A stretch of DNA of 62,265 bases, filler included. It is 7 parts of 7 records of this genome, joined end to end, with 100 filler letters (N's around TTAATTAATTAA, not from the genome) between each part and the next. Parts side by side here need not be neighbours in the genome. Positions count along the whole stretch, not along the records: positions 27,751 to 41,576 come from SRR31156797_22995; positions 41,677 to 48,380 come from SRR31156797_23007; 5 more parts are not named here. One strand, given 5' to 3'. The notes under the pieces were generated by a model. That model had not been told where the DNA came from and did no database searches. It was given only the letters and a program-made list of their open reading frames with translations. Made by a program: the position numbers and the translations under genes. Shown here piece by piece: positions 31,901-41,678 of this stretch (positions are counted from its first letter, which is position 1; every line of letters starts with the position of its first letter).

Positions 31901-32133
31901 TTATCTGCCCGGAAACCAGCCCCAGGGGAACAATTGCCGTGGCTGAAAACCTTCGCCTTAAAATTCACGAAATCGTCTTTGAGACCGTGGGCACCCAGAC
32001 CGCAAGCTTTGGCGTGGCGACCCTCAAGGAGGATGATACCGGCGAATCGTTGATTCACCGGGCGGATAAAGCGCTCTACCGAGCCAAGGAGAAAGGCCGC
32101 GACCGTGTTGAAACCGAAAATCCCTCCCCATGA
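28999..32133 (+). CDS. Diguanylate cyclase with NMT1/THI5-like and two SBP_bac_3 sensor domains
   Basis: LQLNWKHQFEYAGYYAA, two PBP type 2 domains, TM helix, DALTGLFNRR, I-site RACD and GGEEF. Start uncertain. Confidence 0.92.
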   Translation: MREKKRVHHRFFPIIGANNIQHVALAIGVFLLLFTGVSASASAKPEKVILQLNWKHQFEYAGYYAAKEKGYYAGAGLAVEFREGLPQSTPVTEVLEGRADFGIWVSSLILERLTGKPVVMLANYFKHSPLVILATPSIRMPSQLLGKKIMGVVEDGEIAEISWLLKANGIGKDSVEWIPQTHDPMAIADGRADAMMAYITNQTFTLNEKRISYNILDPANYGADFYGDSLFTSEDQVRAYPGRTRKFVDATSRGWAYALEHPDEIIDLILEKYSTKISRKKLDFEARGTRELIQPDVFPVGSIDEVRIRRIADKLVQLGVVDKEYDLSGFIYGLPVRSPVAERLVPLTEAEKHFVETRPVIRVSNEFDWPPFDFMVSGEPRGFGIELMNMIAARTGLTIEYVNGYTWNELLTMFFKGEIDVIHSLSRTPEREEKALFTSPYYHSKNVLVLRKDTADIQDLKDLEGKIIALPRGWSSIVFLKENYPDIHIIEVENSRQALEYVDQGKVLATIEQEGIVSYFINKFGFRDLKLSSWLEDAVLQDTSSLQIAVLKEKAVLHGILEKGLETVTPGEMLELRKKWLGNGEVDSNLKDVGLTLSERNWLKQKGRITFCISPDRMPFEALSGNQVTGMTSDFLKLFSERLDVPFTLLPTDSWEESLEQVRTGKADILTIASVSPKRMQFLDFTPPYINCSVGIIVREDFPFITGMEDLAGIRVGIMKDTFIWDVIPGKFPEVNYVPVKNRRHSLLQVSAGNLDAVIMDLPVATNNIRQLGLTNLKVAGHTAVLNEMRIGIRKDHVRLHEIMDKLIRSLSQKEVDAVYQKWATIRFESEFDRSFFVKVIGVALIAVVLIFLWNRKLVHMNRRISLAHAEIEAKSLQLERISITDALTGLFNRRHLEEAFSVEVERSRRYGRPLSVMIIDIDHFKSINDTHGHQAGDIVLRRIAEVLDRNSRACDILGRWGGEEFMLICPETSPRGTIAVAENLRLKIHEIVFETVGTQTASFGVATLKEDDTGESLIHRADKALYRAKEKGRDRVETENPSP

Positions 32134-32375
32134 TAGTTGTCCGCTCCGGAAGGGAAACCGGTGAAAACAAATCCGATGGATAAATTCGCAAGAGAGCGAT
32201 AGGGCTTTATCGCCGAATTAAGAAAAATAAGTATTATCTTTAAGACTTATTTTTCTTAAAATCTATAAAAAATAATCCTATTTCCTATTTCCTCGCCCAC
32301 CCCATCTCATTTTTCATCTCAAAAAAACCTATCATTTTAAACCCTTAGACCATAAAAACACCCATCCCACCATAA

Positions 32376-32391
32376 CGGTCCATTTATTGCA
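32376..32391 (+). promoter_or_regulatory. Probable sigma54 promoter of the second PEP-CTERM-type gene
   Basis: CGGTCCATTTATTGCA (GG-N10-GC), about 50 bp upstream of the ATG. Confidence 0.5.
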
Positions 32392-32440
32392 GGCATATTG
32401 ATTTAAACCAACTTACAACCCATATTTTAAAGGAGGCGTT

Positions 32441-33037
32441 ATGAGCCTGTTGTCATCATTAAGATTTCCCACATTATTGTTGCTGCTGATGGTCCTTTCC
32501 ACATCATCTTATGCAACGACTGCTCCCCCCGTGACCATCACTGAATCATTTGACGGAAACGCTGTTGTAGAGTTTACCATAACAACAGAGTATGACAATA
32601 TTAGTGGATTTGCAGTGGGAAACAATTATGGTTTTGACTATGCCAAAGCAACCCTTAGCGGATGGAAAGGCGTTGTAGCGGTTAATAGTCCCACGGAGGG
32701 ATGGAAGGTACCCATTTTCACACCGGAGGAAGGCTCCGGGCTCCCAAGCGTTACATATGTAACTTTATCTGGTATGGGGTTTGGCCTTGACGATGTAACC
32801 GATTTTGACGGCTATAACCGTGCTTTTTTATTTTATAAGGACGGTCCAAACTTCCTTCCCGCGAATACCCCCACAGATGGCTTTTTTGGATTGGCTTTTG
32901 CCCCTGATTCAATCTTTGCCGCATTTGGAGAAGACGAAATATACACGGGTGAAACTTCAACGGTTCCGATCCCCGGATCGATCATACTCCTTTTTTCAGG
33001 CCTTGTCGGTTTGATTGGAACCCACCGAAAAAAATAA
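32441..33037 (+). CDS. PEP-CTERM/VPLPA-CTERM-type surface protein
   Basis: AGGAGG RBS, signal peptide, C-terminus VPIPGSIILLFSGLVGLIGTHRKK. Confidence 0.85.
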   Translation: MSLLSSLRFPTLLLLLMVLSTSSYATTAPPVTITESFDGNAVVEFTITTEYDNISGFAVGNNYGFDYAKATLSGWKGVVAVNSPTEGWKVPIFTPEEGSGLPSVTYVTLSGMGFGLDDVTDFDGYNRAFLFYKDGPNFLPANTPTDGFFGLAFAPDSIFAAFGEDEIYTGETSTVPIPGSIILLFSGLVGLIGTHRKK

Positions 33038-33158
33038 ATTCAAGATTATATAAAAAAACGGGGTCAAGCCTGCAGGCCTGACCCCGAAAAATAAAATGGA
33101 AAATAAATCCGTATTTTTTCTGTGAAATACTCCCCCCTGTAACGCCCCGCCCATAGGA

Positions 33159-35492
33159 TCAAAGCACTTCCACGGATATCCGGTCGATGGCTCCGCCCTG
33201 GTCCACCACAAGGATCTGGTATTGCCCCGGATGCCGGGGGCGAAAAGAAAAGGCTTTTCCCCTGCCTGCCATAACGGCGTTTTCAAACCAGTACCAGGGA
33301 CCATTGCCCCCCAGCACCCTGAGATCGATGCAGGGGTATTCACTGGCACTGTCCTTTTTGATGATCACCGCCTTATCCTCGAGTCCTTCAATTCTGACGG
33401 ATTCCTCAATCACGACCCCTCGGGAAGCCGGGTATGCCGGATGCAGGGGGGGGATGCGCGTTTCCCTTCTCCAGGCGGCGGGGAGCCAGCTTTCCAGGGC
33501 CACGGGCCAGAGGGTCAGGCGGGCTGGAATGGAGGACGGGCAGTTCACGCAGCCGTTGGGAATGCGGTATTTCCCGTCCGGGGTGGTTTGAATGGTAATC
33601 AAAGTGACGGCCGGACCTTGTTCCTCCCGGGTCGCGGTAAGGGTTGGGGGGGCGGTCCGGTCCAGGAGCCAGGCGGTCCTGGAATTCCCGCAGGTGCCGT
33701 CCAAGGGGATCTGCATTCCCCCGGGCCAGCAGATCTTTGCCCTGGTAACAGAGGCCGGCCTTGGGATACGGCCGTCGTGGCGGGGCAGCAGCTGAAAGGC
33801 GAGCTTCAACAGGGGGGTTGCCGTCTGTGCCCCGTAATGGCCGGGCACCGGGGTGCCGTCCGGGCGCCCCACCCACACCCCCACGGTATATTCCCGGTCC
33901 ACCCCCAGGGCCCAGGCATCCCTGAATCCATAACTGGTACCGGTTTTAACGGCAAACAGCCGGCCTGAATTCCTGATTTGCCCCCCCTCTTCCCCGAGCA
34001 GCATATCCTGGATGATCCACGCGGCACCCTCCGAAAGAAGGCGGGACTCCTCCACCGGTGCATCACGTGTGAGACGGGGTGCCACGGTTTTGCCGCCCCG
34101 GCCCAGGCAGGAATAAACGCCGGTCAGATCCTCCAGGCTGGCGGCAAACCCGCCCAGGGCCATGGAGAGATTGGGTGCGGCCCCGGGGGGAAGCTTGATC
34201 CGGAATCCGGCGTTAACCATTGCCGCATAAAAAAACCGGGGGTCCAGGTGATCCATCACCTGGACGGCCGGAATGTTCAATGACCTGGCCAGGGCTGAGG
34301 CACAGCTGACAGGACCGCTGAAACTGCGGTGAAAGTTAACGGGCTGGTAATCGCCGAAGCGAATGGGGACATCCATGAGCAGGCTCTGGGAACAGATGAG
34401 CCCCTGGTCCAGCGCCATGCCGTAGATGAAGGGTTTCACCGTGGACCCGGGCGAACGGAATGCCCGGACCATATCCACATGGCCGAACCGCTCCAGGTTC
34501 AGGAAATCCGCGGATCCCACATAGGCTTTAACCCCACCGTCATTATTTTTCATGGCCAGGACGGCGACGGATACATGGGGAGGCAGCCCTGCCGCATAAT
34601 CACGGACCAGCTGTTCCATGGCCTCCTGGAGAAAAATATCGATGGGGGTCTCCACCCTGGTGATCCCTTTGGGGACCTCCCTCTCCAAACGGCGGGAAAG
34701 TAGCGGAGCGGTCATATTCACTTTAACGGACCAGGCGATCACATGTTCCTGTTTTGCCTCTTCCACCACGGCCCGGGTCCAGATGCCAAAGCTGAGAAGC
34801 CGGTCAAGGCACTTGTTCCTGGCTTTTTCCGCCGCTTTTGGGAAACGGTCGGGCCGGAACCGGCTGGGGGACTGGGGCATGACAGCCAGGAGGGCTGCCT
34901 GGGCGTGGGTGAGTTCTTTTGCGCCATGGTCGAAGTAGGCGTAGCATGCCGCCTGAACCCCTTCGAAGGTCCCCCCGAACGGAGCGTGGTTGAGATAATA
35001 GGTCAGTATCTCCTCTTTGCTGTAATGGCACTCCAGCTGCAAGGCGGAAAAGAGTTGCTTCACCTTCCCGGGAATGGTCCGCGGAACCGGGCGCCTCAAA
35101 CGGGCCACCTGCATGGTGAGGGTCGACCCCCCGGAAATAATGGTACCGCTTTTTATCCACTGCCAGGCGGCACGCGCCATGGAAAAGGGATTTACGCCCG
35201 GATGATGGTAAAACCACCTGTCCTCGTATCCCAGGAGCGCCTCAACATACAGCGGGGAGACCTGATCCAGGGTAACGGGATAGCGCCAGATACCCTTTTC
35301 ATCTGAAAAAGCGCGCAGGGGAGTACCGTTTTCAGCCAGAATCACCCTTGTCCGGGTCCGGGGGACCAGATCCATTGGATAGAGCAAATCCAGCACCAGC
35401 CCCCCCGCCAACAGGACCGCCATGACGGAAATTATCCAGCCAAAAATTCTGGCCCGCCTCGATCCCGCGGCCTTTGGCCCGGTTGCTTCCAT
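33159..35492 (-). CDS. pbpC: Penicillin-binding protein 1C
   Basis: Transglycosylase EDRWFYHH, GGSTLTMQVARL; transpeptidase STVK, SLN, KTG; directly downstream of alpha-2-macroglobulin. Confidence 0.93.
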   Translation of the reverse strand: MEATGPKAAGSRRARIFGWIISVMAVLLAGGLVLDLLYPMDLVPRTRTRVILAENGTPLRAFSDEKGIWRYPVTLDQVSPLYVEALLGYEDRWFYHHPGVNPFSMARAAWQWIKSGTIISGGSTLTMQVARLRRPVPRTIPGKVKQLFSALQLECHYSKEEILTYYLNHAPFGGTFEGVQAACYAYFDHGAKELTHAQAALLAVMPQSPSRFRPDRFPKAAEKARNKCLDRLLSFGIWTRAVVEEAKQEHVIAWSVKVNMTAPLLSRRLEREVPKGITRVETPIDIFLQEAMEQLVRDYAAGLPPHVSVAVLAMKNNDGGVKAYVGSADFLNLERFGHVDMVRAFRSPGSTVKPFIYGMALDQGLICSQSLLMDVPIRFGDYQPVNFHRSFSGPVSCASALARSLNIPAVQVMDHLDPRFFYAAMVNAGFRIKLPPGAAPNLSMALGGFAASLEDLTGVYSCLGRGGKTVAPRLTRDAPVEESRLLSEGAAWIIQDMLLGEEGGQIRNSGRLFAVKTGTSYGFRDAWALGVDREYTVGVWVGRPDGTPVPGHYGAQTATPLLKLAFQLLPRHDGRIPRPASVTRAKICWPGGMQIPLDGTCGNSRTAWLLDRTAPPTLTATREEQGPAVTLITIQTTPDGKYRIPNGCVNCPSSIPARLTLWPVALESWLPAAWRRETRIPPLHPAYPASRGVVIEESVRIEGLEDKAVIIKKDSASEYPCIDLRVLGGNGPWYWFENAVMAGRGKAFSFRPRHPGQYQILVVDQGGAIDRISVEVL

Positions 35493-35497
35493 GGGTC

Positions 35498-38400
35498 CTA
35501 TTCCGTCACGGTCATGGTGGGAAGGTTAGCGCCCATGGCATGGCGGTAAGGCCGGTACATATCTTCCACATAGCTGCCGGGCATGGCGTACCTGCCGGGG
35601 GTGACGGCACGCACCAGGTAGAAAAGCCGGACCGGGGTCCCTTTTTCAAGAGATACGGCCGCCACATACCGGTCATCCCGGAACTCTTCATGCTTGACAG
35701 CGTCCCTGTCCATGATTTCAGCGACACTCCTGTTGTCCAGCCGGATCTCATCCATATTGATGCTTGAAAGCCCAAGGTTCCGGTTCTCGATCTCAACGCC
35801 GGCGCAAAGCAGATCAACCACCAGCCCGTCCGGTGTCCGCCGGTCGGCTTCCACCGTGAGCCCGACCAGCACCAGCTCACCTGATTTCAGAAAAGCCAGG
35901 GGCTTTTCCTTTCCGTCCATATCGTAGAAACGCCTGGTAATGGTCATCCCGTTGGAAACAGGCCGGGGCAGTTCAATGGGGTCCCCGGTCAGGCTGACAT
36001 TGGCGTAAAGGGTATCGGTGCCGGCCTTTATGGCTTGAAGCCCCCGGTACATTGAAAGGTCAAACAAGGAATTAAAATCCTTGCCGGACTCCAGGGACTG
36101 GGTGCCCTTATCCGTGATCAGGTCGGCACGCCAGGTGTCCCCCCCCTGTTTGTCAACAAGGACGGCGGTGCGGAAAAGGCAGATCCGCTCCTGGGTGGAA
36201 AGCCAGGTGCGCTCCCTCACGGCCCGGGCAAGCTCCTGCACCAGGACGTTATTTTCATCAAATCCGTGGACCATGGAAAGTTCGGCCATCCGGGCAATAT
36301 CCCGCAGGCCGGAACCGTATTCACCGTAATACCGGTGTTCGGGCCGCTCCCGTTCCAAAAGGGCTTTTTTGAAGGCCTTTTCAGCGTTTGCCCCGTCCCC
36401 GGTCATCTTAAAGGCGGCGGCCATGTACATCCAGCTCAAGCCGTCATCCCCGGTCTTACCGTCATATTCGGCAAAGAGACGGCGCAGGTCGCTCAGGCGG
36501 GCCTTGCCGTTCCGGGCAAGCACGTATCCCGCATAGCTTCGGAAGGCAAACCGGTAATGATCCGGGTCGTCACTCCAGTGACCGATACTTCCGGTACCGG
36601 TACTGCCCTTGAGGTATTTGCGCAGCCGTCCGTCGGCCTGGTCCAGGGCATCCCTGTCCACGGACATGCCGGTCTTCCGTGCTTCATGGAGGAACTCGGC
36701 GGCGTAAACCGTAAGCCACATGTCCTCCGGGCTGTCCGGGGACCACAACCCAAAGCTGCCATTGGACTTCTGGCGGTCAAGCACCCTGGCCACGGCTTTC
36801 TTCACCTGGGTCTTCCTGAATTCATCATCATATGGACGGCCGAACTGTTTCTCCACCCGGCCCGATAGATTCATCTCCCGGAGGCGCTCCGGGGATGCCA
36901 GCACCCATGGGAATCCGCAACTGGCGGATTGTTCCAGGCAGCCGTAGGGGTAATGGAGCAGGTATTCGAAATGACCGGCAAAATCAATGGGCGGACGATT
37001 GGAGAGGGTCATCTGCAGCCGGACGCTTTCAGGAACAAGGTCATCGGTTTCAAGCTCGGGTTGCCATTGGGTTCCGGGCCTGATGGCGGCAACGGTCTTC
37101 CGGGTCACGGACGGATAAGGAGGCCGCACCCCGATGCGCCATGTCCGGGTAATATCGATCGTCTCCCCGGCCATATCGCCGTCGGCGGTCAGATGCAGGG
37201 AGATCTCTCCCCGGCCCGAACCTTTCACGGCACGGATGGGATACCGCAGGGTGGTTTTCTCCTGGTCCGTCAGGGTAAGGACCTTTGAATCCGACCGGGA
37301 AAGAAGGGCCCCGTCCATGGTGACGGCAACGGTCAGTTCCCGGGCCGTGCCGCTCATGTTCCGGATATCAAGGGCAACGGTTGAATCGTCCCCCCGGGCC
37401 AAGAATCTTGGCATGGCAAGCTGGGTGACGATCTTATCGGCCACCTTGGTCTCCCTGTCCGCGCTGCCGAACTGTTCGTCGGCAAAGGCCATGACCATCC
37501 ACCGAACCCGCCCGTTGAAATCCGGGAGGTCAAAACCGGCGGTTACATGCCCGTTTTCATCCACCGGGAGGGGCTCTGAAAAGAAAGAAAGAATGCCCAC
37601 ATCGGATTTGGGTTTATCCCCTCCCCGGGCAAGCTGGCCGTCCGATTCGGTGAACCCGCCGCCGAACCGCTGGCGGGCGATCCGGGGCCCTATGTTGTCA
37701 ATGATCTGGCCGTAATTGTCGTATAGATCAGTGGTGTAACGGCGGGGACCGAAGAAATAGGATTCCCCGTCAGGCGTCTTGAACCGGGTGATGTTCAAGA
37801 TCCCCACATCCACCAGGGCCACAACCACCCGGGTATTGGCAGGCAACGGAGCTCCCTCCCCGGTAACACGGATGTCCGCGGTCACCAAGGTGTTGGGCTC
37901 GACACTGTCGGGAGCGTCAATGGCGACCCCCAGCCGCACATGTTCACGTTTCAGGGGCAGGTGGACCATACCAAAGGCCCGTGACGGTACGGGGGAGTTT
38001 TTCATATCCCCCGGGCGAATCACCATCACCGAGGCATAGAGGTCATGGCGGTTCCAGGAAGGATCGGTTGGAATTTCCACCACCGTACCTTCGGATTTGA
38101 CATCCACGTAGGCGGTGAAACAGACCTTTTCCGAACTCTCCACGGTCACCAGGGCCAGACCGTCCCGGGGAGGATTGACCCGAAGCATTGCAGTGTCTCC
38201 GGGCCTGTAGGTGGTTTTGTCAAACCCCAGGCTCACCTGATCCGGCTTCCGGGAGTTGCCGGAATCGGCGTTCCCCCACCAGGACCAGGCGGTTTTAAAA
38301 TCATAGGCGGTTCGTGTATCGCCGTCGGTGATCTCCACACGATAGCTGCCCCATTTGATGGGCAGGCTGATGGAGGCGACGTCTCCCTCCGGGGTGGAAA

Positions 38401-40369
38401 GGGATTTGGAAAACACCGTCACCGGTGTTTCGTTCCAGGCCCAGTGCCAGCCTCGGCTGTCCGTATGCCGCCAGTACCAGTTACGGTCCTGGCGGATCAG
38501 GCGGACCTGCAGGTCTTTGCCTGCCCGCCACCTGCCCTGCCCGTCCGCATATCCCACCTTGAAATCCACGGTGGTTCCCTCGTCCGGTTTCCCCTTGAAC
38601 TGGGGTTCGATTCCGATGAACCGCTCACCGTTGAGCAGGGTAAGCCGGGCCGTACGGGTAACGGGACGGCCGCCGGTTTCGTACACGCTGGCATTGACCC
38701 GAAGCCTGACCGGAGATTTCAGGTCGGACCAGGTGTTGTCCATGGCCAGGATTCCGGCACCCTCTTTGCCAAGGGTGATTTCATCAAAATCCCGGCGTTT
38801 ATTGGCGATTTCCTCCTGAACGTCCCCAAAGAAAAAGGTGGACCGTTCCTTAAAAGGATGGGGATCCACGGCGGCCGTAACAGACCCGTCCACCCTGTTT
38901 CCCGATGCCGGCGCACCGTACAGGTAGCTGGACTGAACCGGAACACTCACCTTTACCGGGGAGGCAAGGGGTTTTCGGATATCCCTCCGGCCCTCGAACA
39001 GGACAAGATCCAAACGTTCCGGCAAAAACTCTTCAACCTTAATGGAATACCGGACGGTGTTGGTATCGGCAAAGGTGAGTTTCAGGGTGTACTCGCCGGT
39101 CCGGCCGCTGGCGGATGTCTGGTGACGAAACTGGTAAAACCCCGTGTCCGAAGGCTGCAGCTGACCTGCGGCGGCCTTGCTCCCGTCGGGTTTGTAAAGG
39201 GTATAGGCCAGGGGCATACGGGGGGGCAGCTTTCCGTCAAAATCCCGGACCAGCATGTCCGCCTCCAGGCATTCCCCGGGGCGGTACAGCTTCCGCGGGC
39301 CCCAGGCATAAATCTGGTACTCCCCATGGACGGTCACGGCATTTTTAAGCCCTGAGATATCAAGGGCGTTACGATTCAGGGGAAGAAGGGAAAGCTGATC
39401 CCCAAGGGTGGCGATCAGGTGGTGCTGACCGGATTTGATCTGAAAGGAGACCCGTCCCAGCCCATCGGATTCCCCCCGGTCCATGACATTGCCATCCCCG
39501 TCGGTGACATCCACCTGGACATTCTTAAGGGGCTTGCCGGTGGAGATCTCCTGGGTATAAACGTCAAAGCTGTCTTTATACCTGCGGACATGGACCCCGA
39601 TGCCGGTCTGCATGAAAAAGGCGTGTTCATATTCGTACTCATAGCTGCCGGGTTGAGACATCACCGCCACATAGGCACCCGGTGCATTCAGGGAAGGGAT
39701 TTTCGAAAGATCGATATTGTAATCGGTGCGCTGGTTCTTCCTGGGATTCAGTTCAAACCGTCCGGTATGTACAAGCTTGCCTACCTTTTTAAGACGATTC
39801 AGCCTGTAAATGCTGTCTTTTCCGTTACGGCTGAGGGCATCGGCCATGCCCGGAATCTTTTTAAGATCGATCCGGAAGAAATCAATGGTAACCTCATCCA
39901 CATTCAGGGTGGTGACGGGCAGGTGCCTGGGGCCGGAACGGCTGATGATATGAGCACCCGAGGTGAAATGAACAGAGGGAGACAATTTAGCGGTCTTAAC
40001 CTCCCGGGTGCGGGGAAACTTGAGTTTCCGGCCGTTGATATCCTGAACGGCATTGGAAACCCTTACCGTGTATTTGACTTCAGGTGTCACAAAGGGAAAG
40101 ATGACCCTGGTGCGGTCCCCATTGAGAATCCAGTGATCGGAGGTCCCCCCTGAAAGGGTCAAATAATGATTTTCAATGTGCTCCTTATCAACGGGAACGG
40201 TGAAGCTGACAGCAATGGCGGGTGCGTTTTCATAAAGCACCTCCCTGATGGATGCCACATCAAAATCAGCACCCTTGTAATCCTCCTTTGCTTTTTCAAG
40301 ATCAAAAGCAAGGGCCGTGCCGGCAAACAGCAGCAGGCTGAGGATCAGGGACAGAAATGTTTTAAACAT
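35498..40369 (-). CDS. Bacterial alpha-2-macroglobulin
   Basis: Thioester motif YPYGCLEQ, YRPGE, VEEFLPER, LVRAVTPG; likely start MFKTF at 40369. Confidence 0.93.
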   Translation of the reverse strand: MFKTFLSLILSLLLFAGTALAFDLEKAKEDYKGADFDVASIREVLYENAPAIAVSFTVPVDKEHIENHYLTLSGGTSDHWILNGDRTRVIFPFVTPEVKYTVRVSNAVQDINGRKLKFPRTREVKTAKLSPSVHFTSGAHIISRSGPRHLPVTTLNVDEVTIDFFRIDLKKIPGMADALSRNGKDSIYRLNRLKKVGKLVHTGRFELNPRKNQRTDYNIDLSKIPSLNAPGAYVAVMSQPGSYEYEYEHAFFMQTGIGVHVRRYKDSFDVYTQEISTGKPLKNVQVDVTDGDGNVMDRGESDGLGRVSFQIKSGQHHLIATLGDQLSLLPLNRNALDISGLKNAVTVHGEYQIYAWGPRKLYRPGECLEADMLVRDFDGKLPPRMPLAYTLYKPDGSKAAAGQLQPSDTGFYQFRHQTSASGRTGEYTLKLTFADTNTVRYSIKVEEFLPERLDLVLFEGRRDIRKPLASPVKVSVPVQSSYLYGAPASGNRVDGSVTAAVDPHPFKERSTFFFGDVQEEIANKRRDFDEITLGKEGAGILAMDNTWSDLKSPVRLRVNASVYETGGRPVTRTARLTLLNGERFIGIEPQFKGKPDEGTTVDFKVGYADGQGRWRAGKDLQVRLIRQDRNWYWRHTDSRGWHWAWNETPVTVFSKSLSTPEGDVASISLPIKWGSYRVEITDGDTRTAYDFKTAWSWWGNADSGNSRKPDQVSLGFDKTTYRPGDTAMLRVNPPRDGLALVTVESSEKVCFTAYVDVKSEGTVVEIPTDPSWNRHDLYASVMVIRPGDMKNSPVPSRAFGMVHLPLKREHVRLGVAIDAPDSVEPNTLVTADIRVTGEGAPLPANTRVVVALVDVGILNITRFKTPDGESYFFGPRRYTTDLYDNYGQIIDNIGPRIARQRFGGGFTESDGQLARGGDKPKSDVGILSFFSEPLPVDENGHVTAGFDLPDFNGRVRWMVMAFADEQFGSADRETKVADKIVTQLAMPRFLARGDDSTVALDIRNMSGTARELTVAVTMDGALLSRSDSKVLTLTDQEKTTLRYPIRAVKGSGRGEISLHLTADGDMAGETIDITRTWRIGVRPPYPSVTRKTVAAIRPGTQWQPELETDDLVPESVRLQMTLSNRPPIDFAGHFEYLLHYPYGCLEQSASCGFPWVLASPERLREMNLSGRVEKQFGRPYDDEFRKTQVKKAVARVLDRQKSNGSFGLWSPDSPEDMWLTVYAAEFLHEARKTGMSVDRDALDQADGRLRKYLKGSTGTGSIGHWSDDPDHYRFAFRSYAGYVLARNGKARLSDLRRLFAEYDGKTGDDGLSWMYMAAAFKMTGDGANAEKAFKKALLERERPEHRYYGEYGSGLRDIARMAELSMVHGFDENNVLVQELARAVRERTWLSTQERICLFRTAVLVDKQGGDTWRADLITDKGTQSLESGKDFNSLFDLSMYRGLQAIKAGTDTLYANVSLTGDPIELPRPVSNGMTITRRFYDMDGKEKPLAFLKSGELVLVGLTVEADRRTPDGLVVDLLCAGVEIENRNLGLSSINMDEIRLDNRSVAEIMDRDAVKHEEFRDDRYVAAVSLEKGTPVRLFYLVRAVTPGRYAMPGSYVEDMYRPYRHAMGANLPTMTVTE

Positions 40370-40549
40370 GAAATTATCTCCTTGGGTATTGTTTCCCCCC
40401 ATGACAACGGATTCAACGGCAAGGGGGACCTCCTTATATAGAAGAACTTCCACGAAATCAACAAATTTTAATTACAATTGAAATCGCCGGTAAAAAGCGG
40501 CGCAGAAAAGGAGACGGAGTCAGGCCTGGCGGCCTGACCCCGGTTGATG

Positions 40550-41575
40550 CTATTTGTTCTTTAAAGAGGCTTTGATGAAATCCCTGAACAGCGGGTGGGG
40601 ATTCTCCGGACGGGACTTGAACTCCGGATGGAACTGGCAGGCCAGGAACCAGGGGTGCTCCTTGAGTTCCACGATCTCGACCAGGGATCCGTCAGGCGAG
40701 GTGCCGCTGATCACGAGACCCGCCTCCTCGAGCTCCTGCCGGTAGTCGTTGTTGAACTCCCACCGGTGGCGGTGACGCTCGGAAATGCTCTTCTCACCGT
40801 AGGCCTTCAGGGCAAAGGTATCCTCCATGAGGTCACAGGGATAGGCGCCGAGACGCATGGTGCCGCCCTTGTCCGAGGAAGCGTCCCGTTTCTCGATCTT
40901 CTTGCTCCGCTCGTCATACCACTCGGTCATGAGATAAATCACGGGATAGGGGGTACGGGTATCGAACTCGGTGCCGTGGGCATCTTCCATGCCGGCCACA
41001 TTCCTTGCAAATTCGATCACAGCCATGTGCATGCCGAGGCAGATGCCGAAGAAGGGCACCTTGTTTTCCCTGGCATAGGTGACGGCCAGGATCTTGCCCT
41101 CAACCCCCCTGGAACCGAATCCGCCGGGCACCAGGATGCCGTCGGCCTTTCCAAGGATCTCTTCATAGTTGTCCGAATGAAGGGTCGAGGAGTCCACGAA
41201 CATCAGCTCCACACTGGATTCGCTGGCGATGCCGCCATGGGTGAGGGCTTCGTTCAGGCTCTTGTAGGATTCGGTGAGGTCCACGTACTTTCCGACAATG
41301 GCGATGGTGACATGGGAGCGGGGATTCTTGAACTTATCCACCATGTCCCGCCAGTCGTCGAGCTGGGGAGACCTGGCCCAGATATTGAGCTTCTGAAGGA
41401 CCTTGTCTCCAAGCCCCTCCTTGTTGTAGACCAGGGGTACCTCGTAGATGCAATCCACATCCTTGGCCGTGAACACCGCGTCATCGTCGATGTTGCAGAA
41501 AAGCGCGATCTTTGACTTGATATCCGGGGAAAGATAACGGTCTGTCCGGCAAAGCAGGATATCCGGCTGGATGCC
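40550..41575 (-). CDS. pyrG: CTP synthase, 5' truncated at contig end
   Basis: [39 protein letters not shown]. Confidence 0.97.
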   Translation of the reverse strand, partial: GIQPDILLCRTDRYLSPDIKSKIALFCNIDDDAVFTAKDVDCIYEVPLVYNKEGLGDKVLQKLNIWARSPQLDDWRDMVDKFKNPRSHVTIAIVGKYVDLTESYKSLNEALTHGGIASESSVELMFVDSSTLHSDNYEEILGKADGILVPGGFGSRGVEGKILAVTYARENKVPFFGICLGMHMAVIEFARNVAGMEDAHGTEFDTRTPYPVIYLMTEWYDERSKKIEKRDASSDKGGTMRLGAYPCDLMEDTFALKAYGEKSISERHRHRWEFNNDYRQELEEAGLVISGTSPDGSLVEIVELKEHPWFLACQFHPEFKSRPENPHPLFRDFIKASLKNK

Positions 41576-41678
41576 GNNNNNNNNNNNNNNNNNNNNNNNN
41601 NNNNNNNNNNNNNNNNNNNNTTAATTAATTAANNNNNNNNNNNNNNNNNNNNNNNNNNNNNNNNNNNNNNNNNNNNGG

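Noticed and set aside
33159-40369. Alpha-2-macroglobulin + pbpC pair as a novelty
   Set aside because: A well-known conserved gene pair.
29260-41515. Many long antisense or alternate-frame ORFs (e.g. 31024-32058, 38045-39355, 40595-41515)
   Set aside because: Shadow ORFs of GC-rich genes, with no recognisable motifs.
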